64,000 nucleotides of DNA from Minisyncoccia bacterium (lineage in GTDB: Bacteria > Patescibacteriota > Minisyncoccia > Phycocordibacterales > UBA5272): contig JBBQKQ010000002.1 in NCBI GenBank assembly GCA_038326985.1, forward strand, positions 2,978-66,977, written 5' to 3'. The translations under genes were made by a program, and so were the position numbers. This document shows positions 39,992 to 49,721 of this stretch, piece by piece. The notes beneath the pieces are model-generated. The model ran no database searches, was not told the DNA's origin, and saw nothing but the letters and a program-made list of their open reading frames with translations. The number at the start of each line of letters is the position of its first letter. Position 1 is the stretch's first letter.

Positions 39992-41107
39992 ATGGCAAAT
40001 ATATCTATCGGAATAGTGGGACTACCCAACGTGGGAAAGTCTACACTTTTTAACGCGCTAACTAAAAAAAGTGTACCTGCAGAAAACTACCCATTTTGTA
40101 CTATTGACCCAAGTGTAGGAATTGTTCCTGTACCAGACTCCCGACTTTGGAGACTTTCTGAATTTTCAAAATCTATTAAAACTATACCTGCTGTTGTGGA
40201 GTTTGTTGATATTGCGGGTCTGGTTAAAGGTGCAAGTAAAGGTGAAGGATTGGGGAATAAATTCCTTTCAAACATTCGCGAAACTGACGCAATTGGGCAA
40301 GTTGTGAGACTATTTGAATCATCGGAAAGTCTAGATATTCAACACGTTGAGGGAAGTGTGCACCCACTGCGAGACGTGGAAATAATAAATGCTGAGCTTG
40401 CTTTGGCTGATCTTGAAACAATAGAAAAAAGAATCAATAACATTCAAAAAGATGTACGTAAAGGTGACAAAGAAGCCTTAAAAGAAGAAGAACTTTTAAA
40501 AAGAATTTTACAAGTTGTAAATGACGGGAGACTAATTTCTAGTCAAACATTTACTGAAGATGAAAGTAAAATTTTAAAAATGCTAAATTTTCTTTCTAGT
40601 AAACCAATACTTTATATATTAAATAAAAGTACTGGCAAAAAAAATATTGAAGAGACTGATGAAAAATTTTTAGAATTAAAAAAATATATTGAAGACACAA
40701 AGTCACAATATGTAATAGTAGATGCAAAAATAGAAGATGACTTAAAAGATTTTGAAGGAGAGGAAAAAAGTCTTTTCCGAGAAGAGCTCGGAGGAAAAAA
40801 AGAAGATGACGGAGTAGACACATTAATTAAAAATGCTTATAAGCTTCTCGGACTCGACACATATTTTACAACAGGTGTTGATGAAACTAGGGCCTGGACA
40901 ATAGCTAAAAATAGTACTGCACCAGTTGCAGGGCAAGCAATTCACACGGACTTTTTAACTAGGTTTATAAAAGCACAGGTCATTTTTTGGAGTGAACTTT
41001 TAGAAGCAGGAAGCTTAGCAAATGCAAAATCAACAGGGAAACTCCGAACTGAAGGAAAAGAATATATTGTAAAAGATGGTGATGTTATAGAGTTTATGGT
41101 TAATTAA
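39992..41107 (+). CDS. ychF: Redox-regulated ATPase YchF
   Basis: GIVGLPNVGKSTLFN, NYPFCTIDP, DIAGLVKGAS.GEGLGNKFL, EGKEYIVKDGD. Confidence 0.95.
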   Translation: MANISIGIVGLPNVGKSTLFNALTKKSVPAENYPFCTIDPSVGIVPVPDSRLWRLSEFSKSIKTIPAVVEFVDIAGLVKGASKGEGLGNKFLSNIRETDAIGQVVRLFESSESLDIQHVEGSVHPLRDVEIINAELALADLETIEKRINNIQKDVRKGDKEALKEEELLKRILQVVNDGRLISSQTFTEDESKILKMLNFLSSKPILYILNKSTGKKNIEETDEKFLELKKYIEDTKSQYVIVDAKIEDDLKDFEGEEKSLFREELGGKKEDDGVDTLIKNAYKLLGLDTYFTTGVDETRAWTIAKNSTAPVAGQAIHTDFLTRFIKAQVIFWSELLEAGSLANAKSTGKLRTEGKEYIVKDGDVIEFMVN

Positions 41108-41111
41108 GAAG

Positions 41112-41729
41112 TTATTTTTTTAGACTACTAATTTCTTTTAGTAAAATCTCTAGTGTATTTTCTATTTTTTCCAAACGTGCTTTTTGCTCGAAACGGCGGC
41201 GTTTCTCGTCCTGCTCGGCAATTAGTTCTTCTTCATCTTCCATCATTTCTTCTTGGATATCTTCCACGTCTTCTGCGAGCTCATCAACTGTTTTATTCAT
41301 TTCTTCCACATCTTCACTCATTTCTTCCATGTCTTTAGAAACATCCGCAACATCTTCTTGTATTTCATCAACGTCTTTTTCAATCTCATCTACACTTGCA
41401 TTTATTTCCTCTACATCTTCCTGAATTTCTTCCATGTCTTCCTGGATCTCCTCAATATCTTCTGATACTTCTTCAATAACTTGAGTTTGCCTATTTATAG
41501 AAATTTGGATAAAAAGCGCAAGGTAAATTGCTTCTAGAGATAATATTGTAGTTAATACAATTAAAGTGTCCTGATAAGAAAAATTTGTAACCAATGGAAA
41601 TACTAAAAATAATATAAACAAAATAGTGTGTACAACAATTGAGGTCATAGAGCCAAAAGCAGCAGTAAACTTTTCGTCAATATTTACTATTTTAGCTTTA
41701 CTTTTCTTTTTAGAATTGGATTTGACCAT
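41112..41729 (-). CDS. DUF1003-like membrane protein with acidic heptad coiled coil
   Basis: Two TMs, LTTILSLEAIYLALFIQ, then repeats of the type EEIQEDV. Confidence 0.7.
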   Translation of the reverse strand: MVKSNSKKKSKAKIVNIDEKFTAAFGSMTSIVVHTILFILFLVFPLVTNFSYQDTLIVLTTILSLEAIYLALFIQISINRQTQVIEEVSEDIEEIQEDMEEIQEDVEEINASVDEIEKDVDEIQEDVADVSKDMEEMSEDVEEMNKTVDELAEDVEDIQEEMMEDEEELIAEQDEKRRRFEQKARLEKIENTLEILLKEISSLKK

Positions 41730-41757
41730 AAGATACTTTATAGTGTAATATATAAGT

Positions 41758-44172
41758 ATGAAAATGCAAGATAAAATACCTTACGAACCAAAAGATATAG
41801 AAAAAAAATGGCAAGACGTTTGGGAAAAGAATAATTTATATAAAAGTGAAATAGATAAAACAAAAACAAAAATGCATGTTTTGGATATGTTTCCATATCC
41901 AAGTGGAGAAGGACTCCATGCAGGACATGCTAAAATTTTTGGAGCCTCAGACATTTATGCCCGAATGAAAAGAATGCAAGGTTTTAATGTTTTAAAAGTA
42001 CAGGGCTATGATGCTTTTGGACTTCCAGCAGAACAGTTTGCAATTAAAAATAAGGTCAACCCAAAAATTTCTACCAAAAAAAATACAGAAAACTTTGAAA
42101 GACAAATGCGACGCCTTGGACTTTCTTATGACTGGAGTAGAAGTGTAAACACAACTGACCCAAAATTTTACAAATGGACCCAATGGATATTTAAACAACT
42201 TTATAAAGATGGACTCTGTTTTGAAAGTCATGAGCCAATAAACTGGTGCCCAAGTTGTAAAACAGGTTTGGCAAATGAAGATTTGGAAGACGGAAAATGT
42301 GAGCGTTGCGGGAGTGTTGTAGAGAAAAAACCAATTCGTCAGTGGGTAATAAAAATAACAGACTACGCTGAAAAACTTTTAAGCGGAGTGGATAATTTAA
42401 ACTGGAAAGAAAGTATAAAAGAAATGCAGAGAAATTGGATTGGGAAAAGTGAAGGAGCGGAAATAGATTTTAGATTAAGTACTAGCCAAACTTTTACCGT
42501 TTTTACAACTCGTCCAGACACACTTTTTGGATGTACTTATTGTGTATTTGCGCCTGAAAATAAATTAGTAGAAGAATTGTTAAATAATAATTTAATTAAT
42601 AATGGGAACGAAGTTAAAAAATATATTTTAGAAGTAAAAGATAAATCTGAAATAGAAAGAACCTCTTCTGGTAAAGAAAAAACCGGTGTAAAACTTGAGG
42701 GTGTATTTGCAATAAACCCCGCAAACCAAAAAGAGGTGCCAGTCTACATTGCAGATTATGTATTAAACAATTATGGAACAGGAGCTATTATGGCGGTACC
42801 AGCACATGACGAGCGAGACTTTGAGTTTGCAAAAAAGTTTGATATAGAAATAATAGAATTAGAAAAGTTTGAAGATAAAAATGAAATAGTAAAAAAAGTT
42901 GGAGGGAAAATGGTTACAAAATATAAACTTCGTGACTGGGTATTTGCAAGACAGAGATATTGGGGTGAGCCTTTCCCAATTGTATTTGACGAAAACCACA
43001 ATCCATTTGTAGTTGCAGACTCTGAACTACCGGTAATACTTCCTGATGTAGAAAGTTATGAGCCAACTGGAGATGGAGAGAGTCCGTTAAAAAATATACA
43101 AGAGTGGGTAGAAGTAAATGGAAAAATAAATAGCGAGGGAGAATTTGAAAGTGATGAAAATGGAAAAATATTTTATAGAGAAACAAATACAATGCCCCAA
43201 TGGGCAGGAAGTAGTTGGTATTGGCTAAGATACATGGACCCTCATAATGATCAGGAAATGGTAAATAAAGAAATTGAAAAATATTGGGGGGATGTCGATA
43301 TCTATCTTGGGGGAATGGAACATGCAACTAGGCATTTAATATATGGTAGATTTTGGAACCAATTTTTATTTGATAAAAAAATAATCTCTACTCCAGAACC
43401 CTTTAAAAGACTTGAAGCTGTAGGGCTAGTGCTTGGAGAAGGTGGTATGAAAATGTCTAAAAGACTCGGAAACGTAATAAATCCAGATGACATTGCTGAT
43501 ATTTTTGGAGTGGATACACTCAGACTATATATTGCTTTTGCTGGGGACTATCATGATGACTATACTTGGGATACAAAAGCTATAGTTGGACCTAGAAGAT
43601 TCATTGAAAGAGTTTGGAATATGCAATACAAGATCCAGACCCCCCCTAGCCTCCCCTCAATTGAGGAGGGGAATAGTTCCCCAAATATCAAGCTAACAAC
43701 TTTACTACACCAAACAATAAAAAAAGTGAGTAATGACTACGAAAAACTACAGTTCAACACTGCTGTGGCTCAGATGATGACATTTATTAATGCGTATGAT
43801 AAAAATGAAAACATTGATTTAGAAAGTTATAAAACTTTACTAAAACTTCTAGCACCGATTTGTCCATTTGTGACAGAAGAAATATGGGAAAGCCTCACCC
43901 CGGCCCTCTCCATAGGAGAGGGAGCAATGCAATCTATTCACCAAGAAGAATGGCCAAAGTATGATGAGCTGCAAACTATAGACAAAGTTGTTAATATCGC
44001 CATACAAATCAACGGTAAATTGCGTGACACATTTTCTATAGCTACAGACAGCCCTGACGTGGAAGTTTTAGAAGTAGCAAAAAATAGAGAACAATATAAA
44101 AAATGGGTAGGTGAGGTAGAGCCAAAAAAAATAATTGTAATTAAAAATAAAATAGTAAATGTTGTACTTTAA
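41758..44172 (+). CDS. leuS: Leucine--tRNA ligase
   Basis: MFPYPSG.GLHAGH, DAFGLPAE, FTTRPDT, MAVPAHDERD, RQRYWGEP, KMSKR. Confidence 0.96.
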   Translation: MKMQDKIPYEPKDIEKKWQDVWEKNNLYKSEIDKTKTKMHVLDMFPYPSGEGLHAGHAKIFGASDIYARMKRMQGFNVLKVQGYDAFGLPAEQFAIKNKVNPKISTKKNTENFERQMRRLGLSYDWSRSVNTTDPKFYKWTQWIFKQLYKDGLCFESHEPINWCPSCKTGLANEDLEDGKCERCGSVVEKKPIRQWVIKITDYAEKLLSGVDNLNWKESIKEMQRNWIGKSEGAEIDFRLSTSQTFTVFTTRPDTLFGCTYCVFAPENKLVEELLNNNLINNGNEVKKYILEVKDKSEIERTSSGKEKTGVKLEGVFAINPANQKEVPVYIADYVLNNYGTGAIMAVPAHDERDFEFAKKFDIEIIELEKFEDKNEIVKKVGGKMVTKYKLRDWVFARQRYWGEPFPIVFDENHNPFVVADSELPVILPDVESYEPTGDGESPLKNIQEWVEVNGKINSEGEFESDENGKIFYRETNTMPQWAGSSWYWLRYMDPHNDQEMVNKEIEKYWGDVDIYLGGMEHATRHLIYGRFWNQFLFDKKIISTPEPFKRLEAVGLVLGEGGMKMSKRLGNVINPDDIADIFGVDTLRLYIAFAGDYHDDYTWDTKAIVGPRRFIERVWNMQYKIQTPPSLPSIEEGNSSPNIKLTTLLHQTIKKVSNDYEKLQFNTAVAQMMTFINAYDKNENIDLESYKTLLKLLAPICPFVTEEIWESLTPALSIGEGAMQSIHQEEWPKYDELQTIDKVVNIAIQINGKLRDTFSIATDSPDVEVLEVAKNREQYKKWVGEVEPKKIIVIKNKIVNVVL
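43640..43671 (+). repeat. Triplex-motif repeat, in frame in leuS (copy 1)
   Basis: CCCCCCC-TAG-CCTCCCC-TCAATTGA-GGAGGGG; encodes TPPSLPSIEEG. Confidence 0.85.
43893..43922 (+). repeat. Triplex-motif repeat, in frame in leuS (copy 2)
   Basis: CCTCACCC-CGG-CCCTCTCC-ATA-GGAGAGGG; encodes SLTPALSIGEG. Confidence 0.88.
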
Positions 44173-44231
44173 ACTTTATACACAATATGTTTGCTTACTT
44201 TGTCAAATTATGGTAGAATACAAATAATAAC

Positions 44232-45269
44232 ATGAAAAATAAATTCAGCTTCTTGCCCAAAAAAGTTTCCAAAAATTTGTTGACACCTCTTAACGCTCGA
44301 GCAAAGGAAGTTATCACGGGACGATTTGGCCTTGGCGACGGTGAGAAAAAAACTTTAGAATCTATTGGTCGTAAATATGGAATTACTCGTGAAAGAGTGA
44401 GACAAATTGAAAATTTTGCATTACGCCTTATTAAAAAATCTGAAAACTTTTTAGCCGAGCACTCAATATTTGAAGAGCTTAAACAGCTTATGAAAGCTGA
44501 AGGGGGAGTTGTACATGAAGAACAATTTTTAGAAAGTTTAACTAAAGATAAAGCACTTCAAAACCATATACATTTTTACTTAGTACTTCATGACGATTTT
44601 AAGGTAGACAGAGAAACTGAAGACTTTAACAGACAATGGTCAATGGATGAGAAAATCAAAAAAACTGTTAAAGACTCTTTAGAAAGTTTACACACTACTT
44701 TAGGGGATGAGGAAATGGTAGCGGAAAGTGTATTGCTGGACAGATTTTTAAACCAAATGGAAGAGCTACATACTGCATATAAAACTCCGGAAATGATAAA
44801 AAAATATCTTCAACTTTCGAGAGTTTTAGGTAAAAACCAAATGGGTGAATGGGGTAAACGAACTAGCCCAAATATCAAAACAAGAGGTATAAAAGACTTT
44901 GCATATTTAGTTGTTCGAAAAGCTGGACGCCCAATGCATTTTCGTGAAGTAGCAAAAGAAATATTTACAGAGTTTAAAAGAAAAGCTCATGTTGCAACGT
45001 GCCACAATGAGCTTATCCGTGACCCTAGATTTGTATTAGTAGGAAGAGGAATATATGGTCTTCGTGAGTGGGGGCACAGTGGTGGAATAGTTCGAGATGT
45101 CATAATAGAAGTAATGAAGAAAAATGATAAAGCTATGACTAAAAATGAAATCATTGATCTGGTAAAAGGTGAGCGTGTAGTAAAAGACAATACAGTGGTA
45201 GTAAATTTACAAAATCCAAAATTCTTTGAAAAAACTAGCGATGGAAAATATGTTTTAAAAAAGAACTAA
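44232..45269 (+). CDS. Sigma-70 region 4-like HTH fused to winged-helix (HARE-HTH-like) domains
   Basis: RFGL....[18 protein letters not shown]; PMHFREVA...[25 protein letters not shown]. Confidence 0.75.
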   Translation: MKNKFSFLPKKVSKNLLTPLNARAKEVITGRFGLGDGEKKTLESIGRKYGITRERVRQIENFALRLIKKSENFLAEHSIFEELKQLMKAEGGVVHEEQFLESLTKDKALQNHIHFYLVLHDDFKVDRETEDFNRQWSMDEKIKKTVKDSLESLHTTLGDEEMVAESVLLDRFLNQMEELHTAYKTPEMIKKYLQLSRVLGKNQMGEWGKRTSPNIKTRGIKDFAYLVVRKAGRPMHFREVAKEIFTEFKRKAHVATCHNELIRDPRFVLVGRGIYGLREWGHSGGIVRDVIIEVMKKNDKAMTKNEIIDLVKGERVVKDNTVVVNLQNPKFFEKTSDGKYVLKKN

Positions 45270-45307
45270 AAAAAGACTAGCAAAAGAAATCATGTTATAA
45301 TTAAAAC

Positions 45308-46816
45308 ATGATTTTTTTGTTAATTATAAATATAATTTTTGTTGCGTTTTTAGGACTACTTACTTATTTTTTGATTAATCAAAATTTATTTTGGTGGCTA
45401 AGATCTCAGAGAACAAAAAATATTTTAAAAAACTTTTGGCCAAAGCTTAGCTACTTAGAATTAAAAATGCCAAGAGAAGTTACTAAGTCACCCGCTGCAA
45501 TGGAATTTATGTTTAATGCATTGAACCAAACTTTGGGACACGTTGACCTAACCTTTAAAGAAAAAAGAGAAAAAGACAAGGAATGGAAAAAGAAAAAACT
45601 TTCCCAAAAAGTGGACGAATACAGGTCCTATTGGCAAGATAGATATTTAAACGGTGGAGTTAGGATGTGGAGCTCTTTAGAAATTGTTTCGGAAGAGGGG
45701 CAAGTAAAATTTTATATTGTAATGCTTGAAAAACACGTTGGACTTGTTAAGAATGCGCTATATGGGCAGTACAATGGAATAGAAATAGTAGAGTCAAAAA
45801 ATGACTACTTAGATAAGTTTGCCTACACAAAACAAAACGAAGGAGACTGGAACCTTTATGTAGGAAGATACCAGAAAAAACAAGATAAAGAAACTTTTAA
45901 ATACGTTCAACCTATTAAAACTTATGTTGACTATGGACTAGAGAAAGATCCGAAGGATGAATTTAAAATTGACCCTCTTAATACAGTCTTAGAAGCATTT
46001 GCAAATGCAGGTAAGGGCGAAAACTTTGTTTTACAAATATTAATCAGAGGCTCCATTGCTGATGGAACTACTTATCACCACGGACATGCTATCAACTATC
46101 AAGCAGACACTTTTACTGCAATTGAAAAAATAAAAGGTATAAAAAGAGCAGAAGAAGATACAACAATAGAAGAAGAAATTAAAGGTGAAAAAAAACCAAA
46201 AAAAATAAAGAAAGGGGATATTGTTGAAAACGGTAAATCGGAAATGCAGTTAACCACTGCCGAGAAAGAGTCCATCGAGGCGCTAAACAAAAATTTAACC
46301 AAACCTTGTTTTGACACAATTATTAGAATGTTTTACATAGCTAAGAAAGAAAAATTTAATTTATCAAGTGGAGTATTTCCTGTAGTTTATACGCTAAAAA
46401 ATTTCAACAAACCAAATTTTGGCGAATTAGGCTTTACAAGTTTGACCCTTGACTCGGACTATCTATTTAAAGACCCAACTGGAGTGAGATCAGAGGGTAT
46501 GAGAGGATTTTTTTGGAAGATGCTTAAACTTAGAGCGGGGTTTTATGTAGAATCAGAAGGAATTCACTTTTCTTTAAAAAGTTGGTTTAAAAGAAGATTT
46601 GGGAAAGGTGGAACGGCAGACTGGGCAGCAACAATTGCTAAAGAAAATGTACTTTATTTCTCTGAAGGAATAAAACACCCTGGAACTGCGGGAGACTCGT
46701 ACATGAACGCTGAAGAACTGGCAACACTTTTCCATGTCCCATCAAAAATACAAGGAAATACTCAAGGAAGAGTAGATAGTATAAAAGTAGATCCGCCTGC
46801 AAATTTGCCATTTTAA
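45308..46816 (+). CDS. Hypothetical membrane-anchored protein of a type common in CPR
   Basis: N-terminal TM, LELKMPREV.KSP.AME, SLEIVS, PIKTY.DY, EELATLFH.P...PPANLPF. Confidence 0.7.
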   Translation: MIFLLIINIIFVAFLGLLTYFLINQNLFWWLRSQRTKNILKNFWPKLSYLELKMPREVTKSPAAMEFMFNALNQTLGHVDLTFKEKREKDKEWKKKKLSQKVDEYRSYWQDRYLNGGVRMWSSLEIVSEEGQVKFYIVMLEKHVGLVKNALYGQYNGIEIVESKNDYLDKFAYTKQNEGDWNLYVGRYQKKQDKETFKYVQPIKTYVDYGLEKDPKDEFKIDPLNTVLEAFANAGKGENFVLQILIRGSIADGTTYHHGHAINYQADTFTAIEKIKGIKRAEEDTTIEEEIKGEKKPKKIKKGDIVENGKSEMQLTTAEKESIEALNKNLTKPCFDTIIRMFYIAKKEKFNLSSGVFPVVYTLKNFNKPNFGELGFTSLTLDSDYLFKDPTGVRSEGMRGFFWKMLKLRAGFYVESEGIHFSLKSWFKRRFGKGGTADWAATIAKENVLYFSEGIKHPGTAGDSYMNAEELATLFHVPSKIQGNTQGRVDSIKVDPPANLPF

Positions 46817-46836
46817 ATGTGCTATAATAATTCGAA

Positions 46837-47787
46837 ATGTTAAAAGAATTCTTTGTAAATAATTTCGGGAAAATTGGAACTGGAATACTTAGTGTCATGT
46901 TGTTGGTTTTGGCCTATCTTGCTTACCAGATATATTTACCAATTTCAAACTTTCCCGTTTCCAAAAATAATGAAGTAAGTTTTGTAATTGCAAAAGATGA
47001 AAATGGAGCACAGATATTTGATGACTTAAAAACAAAAGGTTTTATAAAGGATGTTTTCTACGCAAAACTTGTTTCAAAAGCATTTGGGTATAATAGATTT
47101 TACCCCGAAGAATATGTATTCCAAAATCCAATGTCCACATTTGACATTGTGATAACCGTATCTACTCGTCCTCCTAGTATTGCAGTATTAATCCCAGAAG
47201 GCTTCACTAAAAAACAAGTTGCTGAAAGAATCGCTGCTACTATTAAAAACTTCGACAAGGAAAGCTTTTTGGCAAGTAGTAGTGAAGGATATTTATTTCC
47301 CGATACCTATTATTTTTATAAGTCATATACTAACAGTGAAATATTAAGTGAATTCCAAACTAAATTTTACAAAGAGACATTTGCAAAGTTTGGTAAAGTG
47401 CCAACAAACCAAGAGGTAATCATTGCTTCTATTTTGGAGCGTGAAGGAAAAGACCCGGAAGATATGAAAATGATTTCAGGAATAATTCAGAACCGGTTAA
47501 AAATAAATATGCCACTTCAAATCGACGCTACAGTTTTGTATGGCAACAATACTTGGAAAAGTATTACGTATTATAAGGATTTAAAATCTAAAAATAATTA
47601 TAATACCTACCTTAATATTGGTCTTCCTATTGGTCCCATATCAAACCCTGGCTTACTAGCTCTTGATGCTGCTATGAACCCTTCTAAAACCGATTATCTT
47701 TTTTACTTAACAGGGAGAGACGGAAAAATGTATTATGCAAAAACTAATGAAGAGCACGTGAAAAATAAATTTAAATATTTAAAATAA
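46837..47787 (+). CDS. mltG: Endolytic transglycosylase MltG
   Basis: IPEGFT, EGYLFPDTY, IASILERE, LQIDATVLY, YNTY..GLP.GPISNPG, YLFYL. Confidence 0.88.
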   Translation: MLKEFFVNNFGKIGTGILSVMLLVLAYLAYQIYLPISNFPVSKNNEVSFVIAKDENGAQIFDDLKTKGFIKDVFYAKLVSKAFGYNRFYPEEYVFQNPMSTFDIVITVSTRPPSIAVLIPEGFTKKQVAERIAATIKNFDKESFLASSSEGYLFPDTYYFYKSYTNSEILSEFQTKFYKETFAKFGKVPTNQEVIIASILEREGKDPEDMKMISGIIQNRLKINMPLQIDATVLYGNNTWKSITYYKDLKSKNNYNTYLNIGLPIGPISNPGLLALDAAMNPSKTDYLFYLTGRDGKMYYAKTNEEHVKNKFKYLK

Positions 47788-47803
47788 CAACAAAAATAAA
47801 ATT

Positions 47804-48355
47804 ATGAAAGATTCAATATTAGCATTTCTTGACGTTGAAACTACGGGACTTGACTATGCAAAACATGAAGTGATACAAGTTGGAGTTGTTCTTGCAAAAC
47901 AAATTCCCCGTGACAATACTCGTGGTCCTGCACTAGAGTTTATTGAAGAGTTTGAACTAAAAATAAAACCTACTAGAATTGAAGATGCAGAAGAAGAAGC
48001 ACTTAGAATAAATGGCTACACAGAAGCTGAGTGGATGTTTGCACCTGACATGAAAAATGCAGCTGAGTTTTTAGCGAAAAAACTTGAGGGAACAATCCAG
48101 GTTTCCCACAACATTGCATTTGACGCACCTTTTATAGATAAATTTTGGGAAAGAGCGGGTATGGACAACCCAATGAAAAGGTACAAACTGGACACAATTT
48201 CAATAGCCTTCGCAAGACTATATAATAGAGATGATGTAAAGTACTCTTTAAAATATTTGTGTGACCTTTTTCAAATTAAAAATGAAAATGCCCATACTGC
48301 CCTTGCCGATGCAAGAGCAATGTATTTAGTTTATAAAAAATTAATGAATGCTTAA
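47804..48355 (+). CDS. DEDDh 3'-5' exonuclease (DnaQ-like)
   Basis: FLDVETTGL, SHNIAFD, LDT, AHTALADA. Confidence 0.88.
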   Translation: MKDSILAFLDVETTGLDYAKHEVIQVGVVLAKQIPRDNTRGPALEFIEEFELKIKPTRIEDAEEEALRINGYTEAEWMFAPDMKNAAEFLAKKLEGTIQVSHNIAFDAPFIDKFWERAGMDNPMKRYKLDTISIAFARLYNRDDVKYSLKYLCDLFQIKNENAHTALADARAMYLVYKKLMNA

Positions 48356-48379
48356 AAGTTCTCATGATATAATATATTT

Positions 48380-49717
48380 GTGAAAAAAATTTTGTTATTT
48401 TATTTTTTAATTGTGGTTATCTTTTCTTATCAACAAGTTTCAGCCTTTGGGAGTTTTGACTATCAAAACTTTTTCCAAAATTTTGGTCTTAATTCTTTTT
48501 TAAGAAATATAAACTTTGGAGAAAATATTTATAGACCTGTAACTAGAATTACAAGTCTTGTAATATCTACACCTTCAACTTCATCTCCAAATTTAAATGA
48601 AGAAAATGTTTTTTTACATATTGATAATAATGATACTAACAGAAATTACTCACCCACGACTTTTAATCCAAGAGCACTCGAGGAAAATAAAATAACTCCT
48701 AATTTTGCTCCTCAAACTACTCTTGAAAGACTCTTAAGCAGCTTGAGTCCTAATACTTCAAGCGGCACTACTCCCCAAATTACAGGGCTTCAGCAAAGTG
48801 AACCCGTCTCCAATACTTATGGACTTTTTGCAACCACAACCACTAATTCTTCAGTACAAGAACTAAGAAGAGTTGACCAAACTGGAATTGTCCAACCGAG
48901 TTCAGTTCCTAACGTTGATGCATCTCCAGCTTCAGGAGGACTTCTACCAAGCGATATTAATTTTAGTCTCCAAACTGCTATTCAAGCGGCTTTTAGAAAT
49001 TTTCCTGCAACTGGACCAGTTAACCCTGCTATTTGGGATGGTAATCCACTTACAAGACCCAACCAATTACTGGCGTCGACTTCACTTATTGAAATGAACA
49101 GACCAACTTTTAGAGTTGCACTAGGAAGTTCTACTGATGTTATAAATAGTTTACAAGATGGAAGATTTACAATACTCCCTGATAATTGGTTGAAAACTAA
49201 AGCTACAAACTTTGGTTTGACAGTAAATGGTGGAGCAGATACTGGACTGGTAAATTTTGCTTTGGGTTGTCCAACGTCTATGAGTGGTTTTTCCAGAGGA
49301 GGGGTGAGGGTTTGTAACCAAAGTACATGTGTAGTCGGAATACCACCAGACGTAATGGACTATTATTTTGGAAAAACAACTTGGAATAGACCTCGCTGGG
49401 CACCATACCCCGCAGGTGAAAATGCTCAGTCTATTTTGACTCTTTATAGAAGAATTGCCGGTACACCAATAGAAATAATAAACGAAAGAAATAACAGATG
49501 TACCGTTGTTCCACTTTGGGAAACAGGTCCATCAAAAAGCGAATGTGCAGGAAAGGGTTGCGGAATAGATCTGACTTATTGTGTGAAAGTTGTTCTACTT
49601 GAAAACAGGGAAGGGAGAACTCCCGTAAGGTATAGACCAGTACCTCAGGGGAAACGAGGTTGCGAAGGTTTTCAATATATTCAAGCACCGGTAAACACTT
49701 TACCAGAAAGAAGATAA
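48380..49717 (+). CDS. Secreted protein, S/T/P-rich linker plus Cys-rich C-terminal domain (possibly RlpA-like DPBB)
   Basis: Signal peptide; KATNFG...VVPLWETGP...GIDLT pattern. Confidence 0.55.
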   Translation: MKKILLFYFLIVVIFSYQQVSAFGSFDYQNFFQNFGLNSFLRNINFGENIYRPVTRITSLVISTPSTSSPNLNEENVFLHIDNNDTNRNYSPTTFNPRALEENKITPNFAPQTTLERLLSSLSPNTSSGTTPQITGLQQSEPVSNTYGLFATTTTNSSVQELRRVDQTGIVQPSSVPNVDASPASGGLLPSDINFSLQTAIQAAFRNFPATGPVNPAIWDGNPLTRPNQLLASTSLIEMNRPTFRVALGSSTDVINSLQDGRFTILPDNWLKTKATNFGLTVNGGADTGLVNFALGCPTSMSGFSRGGVRVCNQSTCVVGIPPDVMDYYFGKTTWNRPRWAPYPAGENAQSILTLYRRIAGTPIEIINERNNRCTVVPLWETGPSKSECAGKGCGIDLTYCVKVVLLENREGRTPVRYRPVPQGKRGCEGFQYIQAPVNTLPERR

Positions 49718-49721
49718 ACTT

